64,000 nucleotides of DNA from positions 4,526,001-4,590,000 of the forward strand of contig NW_026889794.1 in assembly GCF_033153115.1 (NCBI RefSeq), in the 5' to 3' direction. This stretch comes from Saccostrea echinata (lineage: Eukaryota). This document shows, piece by piece, positions 12,963-26,257 of the stretch; position 1 is the first letter of the stretch, and each line of letters begins with the position of its first letter. The notes beneath the pieces are model-generated. The model had not been told where the DNA came from, did no database searches, and saw only the letters and a program-made list of their open reading frames with translations. A program made the position numbers and the translations under genes.

Positions 12963-13679
12963 CTCTAACAAAAAATACTATAGTGAACTATAAATCAAAG
13001 TTTCAGAGATTTTACTATAGTTAATCAAAGTTCCAAAGTTTTTACTGTAGTAAATCAAAGTTCCAAAGTTTTCACTATCGTAAATCAAAGTTCCAAAGCT
13101 TTCACAATAGTTTATCAACTTATTAAAGTATTTTTTAATATTGTTTTTATTTTGCCGTTTTTAGGGGGTGGAGGTTGTTGTATGTCTTAATTTAAATTTA
13201 CGAATTAGTTAACTGAAATGCAATATTTACATTTATAAACTGAAAAAAAAAATACATGTACAATACAATACTGAAGTTGTTGGAACAGGTATTTTTGTTT
13301 TAAATGACGCAATATTTATTTTATAGTATATTATTTTCCTTTCTCCATAAAGAGAACTTGCATTACACCTGCATTAAATTAAATACACCTAAATAAATGT
13401 TGCTTATCTATCGGCGCCAGAGACAATCTTACATTAAGTTCATTTCTTGTACATTAATTTCTATTAGGGAAAGGGTCGGTTTTATACAAAGTTCTCTGAT
13501 GCTTTTATGAACATCTTAAAATGTCAAAAATGGGAATCAAAGACATAATTCGACGGTTTTACGATAGTAAATCAAAGTTCCAAAGTTTTCACTATAGTAA
13601 ATCAAAGTTCCAAAGTTTTTACTTTGATACTATAGTTAACTATAGTAAACTATAGTTAACTATAGTATTTTTGTTAGGG
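12963..13679. mobile_element. Relative of the 32613 MITE with a ~430-bp unrelated core
   Basis: Same TIRs (ctaacaaaaaatactatagt / actatagtatttttgttaggg) and 30-bp repeats agtaaatcaaagttccaaagttttcactat at both ends. Confidence 0.75.
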
Positions 13680-13714
13680 TTTGACTCCTCTTGCATTTCT
13701 ATATTACACTCATA

Positions 13715-14052
13715 CAACAGTCTCATTTAAGGTCATCATTTCGTAAAATGTATGGTCGATACATTGATCTTGTCAGCAAGTACAATCTATCATTTAGTCA
13801 AATGCTGACTGATGTTTTTCATACTAGTTGTTAATCCATTATTTACACACTGAATTGTCGACGGACTTTCCCGTTATTTCCCGATCATTAGAAGCACAAG
13901 CGGATGCGACAGGTCGGAAGGGGATGCTCACTCTTCTATGGCACCTGATCCAACCTCTGATGTTTTAGAAGGTCCGTGTTTGCTTTGCCCCTAATTTTTA
14001 TTGTTTGAATGGACTTTTGAGTTTGAATACTCGTTATCTCCATATATTTCAT
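13715..14052 (+). mobile_element. Penelope-like 3' remnant and associated dispersed repeat
   Basis: HLRSSFRKMYGRYIDLVSKYN-like coding remnant, then gggatgctcactc..ggcacctgatcc..gtccgtgtt; a related piece lies at ~15430-15550. Confidence 0.55.
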
Positions 14053-14678
14053 ACATTGATTTCAGTTTTACGTAAAAGTCATATAATAAATGACACAGAC
14101 AACACCTGATTTTTTTAAACATTAGTTATATGGTTTTCATTAGAAAAGGCAGATTTAAAAAACCCACTGATCGGAGGATTCATACTTATTTAAGAAAGCA
14201 AAACCTGTTTTAAACAAACATATTAGTTATAAAGATTAATTAATTTAAATACATTAAATTATCTTATTTAAATTCATTTCGAGTCTCGAGAATGTATATG
14301 TATGTCCTAGCATTATTTTTCCTTTAAACTGCTGCGACAACCCATTTAGAGTCGTCCATTATTTGAAGTAGCAATAACTGGAAGAAAATTATGCAATTAC
14401 AATTAAGGTGATGTAAAAGATAAAGATAAGGAACAATGATCAATCTCATTTTATTTATTTCTTTTTTCAAATTATTTTACATAACATTCCAAAGCATCTT
14501 TACTCACCAAATTACCAAAATCCCATTTTCTCTTGACTGATTATTAGTAAGTAAATTGAAGAAGATTTGGTAGCCCCATCCCAAAGGAAATTCAGCTATC
14601 TCTTTAGTATCGCATATGTCTGGAGGGGGGGGGGGGGCATCAGTCACAATGGATGGATTTGCTGCATTTGCGTCAGAG

Positions 14679-14727
<49 letters not shown>

Positions 14728-16454
14728 TATTCCTACCAAACGCACAATTCTAAGTAGGCGTTATTAACTCAAAACAATCTTTTGAGAATATTTCTTTTCA
14801 GACCTTGAAAAGCAATTTATTTTACATATTTTAGTACCAAAAACACATAGCCATTCAACAAGGTACGCAAGTTTATTTCGGTCGAAGCTTAAGGAGATTG
14901 AAAATCAATAGTAGGGCCTAATCCACCCCTTTACTAAACTACATATAAAGAATTCAGAACACACATTTTAGAGAATCTGGTATATGCAGAAAGTTTACAT
15001 ATAGGTTTTCATTTCTTAAAAAAAAATCAGTCCCAGTCTAGGGAAAAAATGTCCGGTTCGGAAGGGGAGATTCAGGAATTATTTTGTGCCATGTTTTGAC
15101 GTGAACTTTAACTAGAATACTGTTATGACAATTTATACTTTCTTTTGGGGATATTTTCCCAGTCTTCAAATAAACCAGTCCTAAGTTGGACTTTACGGAG
15201 GCCGATGGAGTAGATTTGAAACTCAGGTGACAAGTTTATTGAGTCAGGGGTCATTATGTTGGAAAAGTAGCTAATTTAATATTAGCTCATAATTTGTTAC
15301 CCTGAGTTTTTCCCCTTCAGTTTAAAATTTGTATTTTCATTTCTGACTTTCAGATGCAAAAAAAAAAAAAAAAAAAAAATAAAGAATAATGTTGACCATT
15401 AACACAAAATATAGATCCCAACCATCCAATTGATCCAACTTCTGGAATTTTCAGGGGTCCGTATGTTATATCCTCTTCACATATTTGTACATGTATTGTT
15501 TATAAATTTTGTTTAGATCGATCACTCTTCGTTATCTTCGTCTCTTTTCATTTTAACCACTGCGCAAGTGTCTCTGTTAGTGGAGATTCTGTCCCCGAGA
15601 ATACTTATCGCTAGGTATATGTTCTACTATGGATTTTGAAAAGACAAACGGTTCTACACTGGTGACACAGAGCACAGTATTTAAAAAGCTGTCGAACTGC
15701 AGAACCTATAAGGGGCACAGGTTCTGACAGAATAATTGGTGCCCTAGGCCTCGAATTCTCCTTCGAGACATTCACAATTTATCTTAAATACAATCAACAG
15801 ATAAACAGATTTGGTATAAAAACAAACCAAACCTTTGCTAAAATTGAAGATTGCAAGGTTTTAATCAGATCTATTTCTGGCAATTCATTTTTAAACCCCA
15901 TGTGTTCAATCTACAAATGTTCTATTAAAAATTGCAAAACCTGTGACATTTTGATAAATAATTCTTTTATAGCAACCTTACTGGAAAAAGTTTTATACTA
16001 AAATTGGTAAAAAAATTGATCTGTAAAACTTCAATAATGTCTATGGAATTGAATGTACTCTTTGCAAACAGGTTTATATTGGAGAAAAAAGGTTTTCTCA
16101 ATAAGAGAATGTCTTGGCATAAGATTAAACTAAATAACAGGGGCCATCAACATCTTTATAAACATTTATTTTTGCCTAACACCTCTATTCTTTCAATGAG
16201 GGTAAACTTTAGAATTTTGGAAAAAAAATATATCATTCAATTAATAAATCAGAATAGATGCTGCAAACGTTAGTAACATTCTCAGCCATAGAAAAGCTTA
16301 CTATTGCATTCCACTATATTTGAAGTTGAAGTCTATACCCTTCATTTCCTATATATATTCCAAAACTGTTGCTTCCAACCTTTTTAATTATAAACAAACC
16401 TTGAGGTGCCTCTTATATAAACAAAATCTTCTTAAACGTTCTTTCTCTTTCTAT

Positions 16455-16770
16455 CTACTACAGCCCCGCTGGGCAAATCGTTGCTGATGATGTCAGTATA
16501 ATTGAAAATGAAGACCTAAAATCAATCATCTTAAACGGTCCTAATTGCGATCATTCATTTGGCGACAGAACTTCATTTCTATTCTGAATTCTGTCAAAGA
16601 TTATGCCAGACTTTCGGCCAAATTTGAAAAGAAAAATCTGAACACTTTATCAGAATGGATTAAGTGTTTTAGAAATATATAAAGAAAAAAGAATCGTATA
16701 AGAAATTTAAAAGGCAAAATGGAAACAATCTATCCTTCCATTTTCACTAAATCGGAGGTGGTAAAAGAAT
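16455..16770 (+). mobile_element. Penelope-like N-terminal coding remnant
   Basis: YSPAGQIVADDVSIIENEDLKSIILNGP-like decayed frame. Confidence 0.45.
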
Positions 16771-16917
16771 CACTAGTTTGTCTTCTGCAGTTGAAGTTCC
16801 TCCTAAGAAAAAATGTGCAATTTATTTCACGACTTATATTTACTTGAGATCATTATCTTCACAACTATTTTTACAGAACAATCCAAGCAAATAATGTTGG
16901 ACTTTTTAATGTTAAAT

Positions 16918-19900
16918 CTACTGTAATGAAATATCAGTTGTAAATGCCCATACGAAAGTTTGGATAAGTATGAAAAAGCAATTGTTTCCCAGAGTAGGAG
17001 AGGTTATGGTACTTGAACTTTCACCATGCTGGTCCATATAAACATTGCTGAGATATTTTCTTGGAGAATAACCTGCAATTAATAACATTAATGTTTTCTG
17101 ATATTTCAACTGTTACTCATTTAGAAACAAAGGTAAAAATTGATTGATATGCAATATTTAGATCATAAGTTTTATATTACCCTGAAATCTAAATTTTAAG
17201 ATATTCTTTATCCGGAAAGTTTGATTTTAATAACTGTTGATGATGAGATATTTTCACCTCTAAATTCTATCTTGCTTACACAATATCTTTTTGATATGAA
17301 GTTCAATGATGAACTTGTCAGTTTAACACTTAACAGAATTTTAAAAACATAGATGTTTTGAATACGAGAAATTCAAGTATGTGCATCAAATTTAAAATTT
17401 CGAAAAATCGCAAATATTTCAAATGTTGAAACTAAATGTTTGAAATAAATTTATTTTATGATAAAGATTGTGAAAATTTAGATTTAAAAATGTTTCGGAT
17501 GAAGCTACAAAATTTAACAAAATTTTATCCATGTTTCGAAGCTAAAGTAATTGGAATTTGAGTTTAGATTTTAGACTTAGATTAAAGTTTTTAAATGTGG
17601 GATTTTGAACAAAAAATTAAAAATTCCAAAAGTCTAAAACAGAAGTTAAAGCAAGTATAACAGAAACCGTGGACCTACCATTTTCACATGTAATATTTGA
17701 CATCAATGGTCGGATTTTTGCTTCAAAGTAAGCATTCGTGAATGCTCCTGCTTCCTCACCACACAATGTCCTGCTTTTCTCTTGAAAACAACTAAATGTC
17801 TCATTTGCTGCTCTAAAAAATTAATATTAAAAATATATAAAAATACTGAACATTTGAGAGCATAACTTACATGAATGTTTCACACTTATATATTCCTTCA
17901 TGTAATGCATAAAATTATGCTTAGAATGCAATTTACAAATTAAGTACATGTATTACTTAAGTTTTTTTTTAAATGCTTGTTTTTTTTAAGAGGGGAAAGA
18001 ACCATGTTAAATTGCATCTATTTTCAACGTACGAAAATATACCTGCATAGATTTTCAGAAACTTTGCTTGAAATGCCAGAACCACTTGCATCTGCCTCAA
18101 TTATGTTTCTCGTTAGTTTTGCCATGTAAGTTTTTGTACAGAAATCAAGACCTTTGTTAAGGAGAAGGTCGTACATCACACACTGAAAGTTCTTTACGAA
18201 GCCTGTAAAAGACAAGTTAATCATTTTATTATTGTTCCATTAAAATGTACAGTTTCATTCAATTACTTTTTATTTTAAATTTCGGAAGCATAATTCAAAC
18301 TCTTAAGGTACTTTTACACTTAAACATATACCTTGTCTTCCTACAGAACACAGGAAGTTTTCAGCAGAAAGCATGATATCTATGTCAAGAGAGATGCTGT
18401 TTGTAAAATGACATGTGGTCTTGATGTCTTCCAAGCAATGGCTGGGCTTCCTTATGATACTGTTCAATACAGAAAAAAAAGGCTTATTAACCACAGCACT
18501 TACTTGAGGAACATTTTTCTCTTTTACCCTTTCATAAGTTACCGAGCCAAGAATTTCCTTGACTACTCAAAAATCATATTCATTAATAATGGCAAATTCT
18601 TTCTAAGTCGATTTGAATACTCAAGAGCAACTTACAGCAAGCACAATTGTGGAATCAATTTGGGAATTTTTCCGGTAATAACTAATTATTTACAAGCTCT
18701 TGGGGGTATAATGTCATATTTCAGTATTCATTGAGGTTGTAAGACCTTGTGCAAGAGACATCCACGAAAACCACTCAAATATTGTACATCTAAGAAAAAA
18801 TGATTTCATAATTTCTCCTCTTAGTATTAAATCAGCTTTAGTAGTATGCATTATCTCTATAGAATATTATGGAACGTACATAGAATCAACAACTTTTATC
18901 AAAATCTTCAAGAAAAATTGATCCAAATTCACATTAGTTTCATAACATTAAACAATAAAGACGAAAAACTTTCTTAAAGCATTCGCTTAAAGACGGCTTA
19001 AAGGTGGTTTAAAGAGGGACTAAAGAAATTGATTTCTATACTCCACCATTAAGGATGAGATTTACTCAAATGATAAAAAATTCCACTGATAACAACGAAA
19101 ATCCAATTATTGTTCATTGTAGACCTAGACTGTAGTGTTTTTATTCACTTTCAAATAATTAGATATTTCTCTTCAAATAATAAAACCGTTCACGGTAGCT
19201 CAGTCGGTAGAGCGCTCGCTCCGTGATCGGGAGGTCGTGAGTTCGAATCTCGGCCGCGACAGACCTAAGTCGATAAATTAATAGGTAGCAACTGTTCCTT
19301 CGCCATGCGCTCGGCACTTTGGAGTGAAAAGTTGCGGGTCTTTCGGATGAGACCTTAAAAACCAAGGCCCCGTGTCACGGCAGGCGTTGGCACGATAAAG
19401 ATCTCTCACTGCTCAATGGCCCTGAGTGCCGAGTAAAGGTCAAAATTTGAAGCCCTTCACCGGTATATGGTGACGTCTCTATATGAGTGAAAAATTCTCG
19501 AATGGGACGTAAAACAACATACAATCAATCAATCAATCAAATAATAAAATTTCAAATTTTCAAATGGATACTGAGTCGTAACATGAATATTTTGTCTATT
19601 TAGAACAATCTTTTGATCTAACGTATAGTACTTTATAGCATTGCATTTCTGCCAACTAAAACCCTGCGTAAACGTCATCCTTAAGCAACCTTTAAGCTGC
19701 AGCTAATAAGTGCTACATGTAAATGTCCAAACTGTTTTAAGCCACCATTAAGTAACCTTTAAGCTCTAGCATATAGGTGCTTAATGTCCCAACTTCTTTA
19801 AGCCATTTTTAAGTAATTTTTAAGCCACTTTTAAGTAATCTTTAAGCCAACTTTACGCAACTCTTTAACCAGTCTTTAAACTACAGTGTATTAAGTTAAA

Positions 19901-22900
19901 ATTATCTTTAAGTATCATTTACGCTAGTAAAATCTTACTCAATTCATAATGCTGACTATCTAATTTTAATTCTAAGTTCTGTCAATGCGTATAAACATAA
20001 ACACTTAGAACTGCTCCTGCAAGTAATCTTAAAAATTTCGCTACCAAAAAATCTTTGTTTAAATACTTGTTTTAAATTATTTTTATCCTAAACACATACC
20101 TTATAATTCAACGAAAAGAAAAAAAAAAACACGTTATAATTTTCTTTCGTGTGTGGAGAGTCATGTTCCGCTGCTGAATTCATAAGAAGTATTATACGAT
20201 AGAGTTCTTTTGTTCTTAAATTAAAAGAAGATTTTGAATATTCCGTAAATCGAATAAATCGAACTTAGATATTAAATTACACGCACTTTGTTTTGATATA
20301 AACGCATATTGTTATCATTTTTTTTTAATTAAAGACGACCTTTAATCCATCATTAAGGACCTTTAAGCCGTCTCTAAATTATTTGAAATTAAAAGCGTAT
20401 TACGTTCCTTATGGCCACAATTTATAAATTCTGTGTTTTTACTGTGGATAAATCGCGGTAATTAACCAATTATTGACTCAAATGAAAACCCCTGGATTAA
20501 AAATCTAAGTTAATTAGATAGCTATCACGTGACCCTGTGACGTCAAAGGCGACAATGGCTGATCAGCTCTTCATTAATCTTACTAAAATATACGCGATAC
20601 AACCTGAATTTTCTGCGTTGTGAATGACCAAATCACTTATTTTGTCGATATAAAATTGAATATTCAACCTTATATGTTAGAATTGTAAGCAAGAAAAAAT
20701 CTGAAAAATCTAACATTGTAAAAATAGCAGCGACGATAGCGAGGGAGACGCAGCGAAGACGAAGAAACTCGCCATAACAATGCAATTTGATTTGTCATCT
20801 TATCACATGTATTATTTGATTCACAAATTAAACATTATATAACTTTGTTATTCTTCGTTTTGTATATAATATTAATTTATGCAAGTCTTCATATGTTTTT
20901 TAAAGGATGGCGATCTTGAAAAATAATTTCCCGATCACGAAACATTGCCGTAATTAGAGCTACAGCTAGGTTCTAAATGTTTTGAATAAAAAACGAAAAT
21001 ATCTTAAAAGCCTTATACCTTAGAACTAATTAATGTTTCTATGATAATTGAAAATCATATAAGGAATTAATTTTTTCAGCATTTTTCGTAATTTAGCTGC
21101 ATTTGTCATTGATAACTCCGTTAATAGTGTGCATATTCTCATCTCTCTATCACCGAATTGTCGCCTATGACGTCAGAGCAGTATTTCGCCGAAATCCGAC
21201 TGAAATATGCATATTGCCGTATTTGAATTTCAACTCTTAATATCTCTTAAAATATGCTTTCAACAACGATTATTGTATTCAGCATTTTGATGAATAAGGT
21301 TATAGATAATATTTTTCATAAAATTACGATTTTTGAAAGATCATGCGATAAGTCCTTTAAAGGAAGTTTTTCTTGTGCAAATGCTGCAGCTGTTCTGAGT
21401 ATTCTCTTAATATTCAAAATATTTCCTTTCTGTAGCTTTGCTAGCATGAATACTAAAGGCCGTAAGTACATACAGCAATGTAACTAGTAACTAATACGCT
21501 TGTTTTTATGCGACAAGCATCAAGAAGATGTTTAGTTACAATGAGAACAAATCAACATGATTCATGAAACAGTTTAACTCCATGTTATATACACAGAGAC
21601 ATTTCATTGGTCAGAAAGTTTCATTCTTGAGTTCAAGTTTTCTCAGGATGCCCATACTTTAAATTTATTTCATATTCAAAACTATTTGAAAGTTTTATCC
21701 CTTTATCAGAGACTTAAAAATATGTAATAAATAAGGTTTTTACCTGCAATATTCATCAACAGTCTCTTGAGCATTTAAAATCTTTGAATTGTTCATTAAT
21801 CTTATTTCCTTTATGAAATCTGGTAGAGATGACTGTATTAGGCAGTTAGAAAATCCGTCTTTGTTACATCCATGCACATGTAGTAGCGTCTCTAAAATGA
21901 AAATATCCTTGTTCTTTCTGAATACTTAAGTCAATGAGATTACTTCTTGATTAATTTTAAAAGTATCTTAAACTTCAGAATGAATAACATGTCAAATGAA
22001 GTGTTCACATTACATGAATATGCTGAATATTGATTGTGTTTCTTTTATTTTGTAAAGAAGTTCACTCTCCTGATACACAGAACAGTGATGTAATTTAAGC
22101 AAAAGTTACCACTGCTCAACTTTTGAATTGAAGAAGATAACATCAAATGTGTAATGATATTTCAGACTAATTTGAAATAACTATCATTCTGCATGGTTCT
22201 TCAAGGGTCGTCGTTTAACTTGGCGACCCCGTGCCAGTTAAATTCCTTAGTTTCACAGTTAAAAAATTAGCGCCATAGTTCCGCTAAGTAAAAAATTAGC
22301 GGCTCAGTAAGATCGTCGTCTATCATGAAGATTAAATTTTATGTATAAATTTATAAACTCAAACATGAACTGAACCTCCATATTATGTACTGTTTTTTAA
22401 TGCTTAACCGTTATTTAGTCCCATTAGAGACAATGTTGGGCTTGCACATTCAATTATCTGCTAGGCCTCGCTGGACTTTACGCATGAATGAAAAGAGACA
22501 ACCTTTTTCACACTCCCCGGTAATTGCAAATGATTTTTAATGCTAATTTTAAAACTACTTAGCTTTACTAAAGATAACCACGTCTCTAAAATTGCATTGG
22601 CACTGTAAGTCAAACATCGTACGTGTATCGTAATCATGTATTGCTGTAAAGTTGAAAAATGAACGATAATCCATCAAAGCAGCATTTTATGACTTCAAAC
22701 AGCTAATTTAAATTTGCATTGATACTGTAGTCAACCGAAACCAATATTGCAAATATATCTGGCTGATGAAAGCTTGATTGTGCTAGAAATTCCTCTGTCC
22801 TGACACTGTAAGTGTATAATTTACATTTTGTAAAAAAAAAAAATATCTTTTGAAAAAATCAGATTAAACACTTAAAACTTGTTATTACTGGTACTAATAT

Positions 22901-25125
22901 TTTCAGATTTTTATAAGCTTATTATTTTTTGTTTTTTTAAGTACGTTGTGTTGTGTTGGCTGGGGGCGGGGTGTCAAAGAAAACTTGTATAACGGAAACG
23001 TTCTTGTTTCTCTTTTACACTATGTTAAATTTGATATCCATTAATTGATTTTAATTATCGTTTGATTTAAATCCCAATTTGCCAAATATTTAATACAACT
23101 TGTGTATTACAATAGTGATTCAGAAAAGTTGTGTTTTTCAATTTATTCATTGTAACTTCCCGAATTCAGTCGCTAAAAGACCGCGAATATTAGCATTTCG
23201 CATACGTCTTGCGCCACAGTTAAATTTGAAATGTTGAGAATTCGAACCCTGATTCTGAAGTTTGACATCACTCGTTATAAGGGATTTCAATTCAATATAC
23301 ATAATTTTGTCTTTCTCTATTAGAAGATTTAGTGAATTATTTATTTTTTAGCGAAATTATGTATTCGCGATTGATTTTTGTACATGTAAGTAAAAAAAGG
23401 TAACAAAAAACAAATTCATGAATGAGATTTGGATTTTTTTTTCAATGGTGAGAAAATATGAATCCCTCTTAAATGAGTAGACATAAAATATCTAAAAACA
23501 CATATGACGTTCTTTTGTCTTTTTTTCAAGCCACAGATAGCTTAATTTAAAAATATACATACTATTTTCACACGATATGTCCTTCATCAATGGCTGAATC
23601 GCAGCTTCCGTTTTTGTTCGCATAACCTTGCTTGCTTCGTCACTGCATACTCTTTTTCCTTCTTCTTCCATACAAGTTACAATTTTATTTGCTGCTCTAA
23701 ACGGTTATATATAGTTTTATAGTTTTAAATTTGATATAACTTTAAAAAAATGTATACACTAACACGTTTGAGAGAAAAATATTACCTATTAAAGATTTTG
23801 ATCATTAGTAATCAATAATTGATTGTTCATATTCCCATTGAAGGTCATGATACTTTAGGATAATATTTGAATACATAACTGAAGCAAAATTGAAAGTATG
23901 TTTTCATAATCATTACAACTTTTACAAAAGCTGTGTAAGACTTCTTATTTTTCTATCATGTGATATATAATTGTACATAAAATTTACCTGCATATTTTGC
24001 CATAATTATTATTACCACTTCTTTGGGCCTCTATGAAAGAATCGAATAAATCCAACATATCTTTTTGGCAACTCTTAAAACTCGTTTCATTTTGGATATG
24101 ATCGAGAATCACACATTGAAAATGATCAATGAAATCTGCAAAAGAATTTTTTAAAGCTGACCTATATTCAGATATGTAAAAGGTCAAATATATAAATCAA
24201 AGAAAGCTATAATGTTTTTGAGATTAGCGTATTAGCAGTGTTAGAAGTGACAAATCTGTATTGCAATATTTTTTCCGTACTATGTGTCAAGCACAATGTC
24301 ACTATTTATGAACCATAGTACCTCGTTTTCCCTCTGAACACAGGTAGTTTATCAGAGAAAGCGCCATGTCTATTGATAAAGTGATTCTGTTTGTAGATAA
24401 ACATGTTGTTTTGACGTCCTGTAGACATGATGTTAAGCCCTTTGTTATGCTTTCCAAGAAAAGAAAAAAAAAAAAAAATTAAAAATTTAATATTTGGTGC
24501 ATTTAAAATTTTCATATTAAAATCACTTTAGGGTGCAAATGATTACTTTGTAATAAACATTGAATTAAAAATCATATAGGCTACATTCCCTACTATTCAT
24601 TTAAAGAGTAGTAAAAGAAAACGATATGGATTTTTTTTTATATGAAGCACCTTTCCATTTAAATACATGTAGAACGATCCAGAGAACGTCATTAACTATT
24701 TGTACATGTATTAAGGATTTTGTATCAAACTAAATCAGCACATGAACTAACAGTTGGTAACTTACCTACAATATTCCTCTACAGTATCCTGAGCTTTCAG
24801 TATCCTTAAAATGTTTGGTGAGTTAATCTTGTGTGTATAATTTAGTAGTGATGGTTGCATAAAGCAATTAATGATCTCCGTATGGGTACATCCTTTAGCA
24901 AAGGTCCCTAAAACAAATGCTTCAATTATTTCTGGTAAATTCATACCCTCATCTATTAAATACAGTACCTAGGATAGAGGCAATAAATCGTGAAGAGACG
25001 TCCGATTTGTTGTGTCAGTTTTGCACGTTTTACAAATTAGGATTATTTCGCTATAAATAAATGAGTTAAAACTTGTCTCACTTACCTAGTATACTAAGAA
25101 GTGTAACTAGTAGGAGGTAGACCAT
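16918..25125 (-). CDS. Gene B: secreted protein with two tandem 12-Cys modules, ~438 aa, Ser/Thr linker and hydrophobic C-tail (possible GPI signal)
   Basis: Ten exons: 25125-25086, 24907-24766, 24449-24322, 24135-23988, 23696-23563, 21891-21744, 18459-18332, 18202-18043, 17812-17679, 17072-16918 (1317 nt, open frame, all GT-AG). Starts MVYLLLVTLLSILGTFAKGC; ends SSSTITSPTLGNNCFFILIQTFVWAFTTDISLQ*. ORF-track fragments 24762, 23984, 18303, 18024 and 16918 are its exons. Confidence 0.82.
19186..19536 (+). mobile_element. Full-length tRNA-derived SINE (Meta + Deu/Nin-like body), (CAAT)n tail
   Basis: A box gtagctcagtcggtagagc, B box gagttcgaatc, central tcggatgagac..aaacc..ggcccc..taaagat, and a 13-bp TSD tcaaataataaaa (19173-19185 / 19537-19549). 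Confidence 0.9.
20446..21356. mobile_element. Kolobok-like non-autonomous element, left end unclear
   Basis: Right end gcgataagtcct|ttaa; internal inverted pair tgacgtcaaaggcgacaat (20538) / attgtcgcctatgacgtca (21157). Confidence 0.45.
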
Positions 25126-26257
25126 TCTTACTAATTTTAATTCATGATGACATTAATTTTATTCTCAATATTTTATATCAGATGATCATTTCTTCATGGA
25201 AAATCCAAAAGGGTTTTTTACGCATGCATACTCTTTCTATGCGTCAGTTATTTGCATATTTTTTTTTCACTGGAGGCAGTAAATGCAATTAAGTTAAGAA
25301 GCTAAGTCAATTTTTAAGCATGTATTTTTTTTTTTTGTTAACAAGTATATTTAATTTGCCTTTGTAATTTGAATGCAGCTTGCTTAAGAATTGTATTTTA
25401 GGTAATTCTAAACATGGACATAGACTATAGATCTCGAATTATATAAATTTACTTGGACCCTTGTTTAAGTTTTTAGACTTCGATGAAAACTTTATATTAA
25501 GGAATACATGTAGTAACATGGAATGTTTAAAACTACGAAAAAGAATTTTTCCATGAATAAGATGTGTACACCTCGAAACATGCCACGATCTATGATCCGT
25601 TTGCAAACATGAAAAAATGATAAATTTTCAGAACTATAGTGTTCCAAGGAACACGTTTGTCACCTCCTTCGTGGCATCATTAAAGATAGCAATAAATCGA
25701 AGGGTGGTCAGTTATTTATTGCCAACTAGCATATCGATCATTATTTATAACAGCAAAGAAAAAATCCACAAATATTCAGACCGATTAAATGTAGCATTTA
25801 TCATATAAAATCTGACATTCACGTAGAAATGTGATTCCCTAGCTTTCAAAGCTAGAGTGAATAATGAAATTGAAATAAAATATTACAATTTTTTTTCATT
25901 TTGAAACATATTTACAAGATTAAATTTCTTTTTGTCCGAGATTAAACTACAAATAGTAAAATAGCTTGATTTCTTCATAAAGTTATTGTTTCAACCATAG
26001 GGGTGGTTAAAAAATTGACGGAGAGAGAGAGAGAAGTTGGAGGGGCTTTGACTGAGCTTGTGAATTTGCGGAAACGTGGTACATGTAATATAAAGAATAA
26101 CTGTCCATTTTTTTGGTTTTATGATGTGATCATGCAATGGTTTGCTTGAGCAATTTAAAATATTACCTCTAGGAAGATCGCAAATTGCTATATAGAACTC
26201 AGTAGGAAAGATAATGCAGAAGATAGTTCATTCTTGTTGATTTCATATTTATATTAA

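Noticed and set aside
18333-18734. 133-aa plus-strand ORF
   Set aside because: Antisense to a gene B exon and intron; no recognisable features.
18560-18790. Extra exon in gene B intron 6 (acceptor near 18790)
   Set aside because: The frames I checked hit stops, it has no module Cys pattern, and the flanking exons already join in phase.
19186-19260. tRNA gene
   Set aside because: A/B boxes run into a SINE body with a (CAAT)n tail and TSD; there is no proper acceptor stem.
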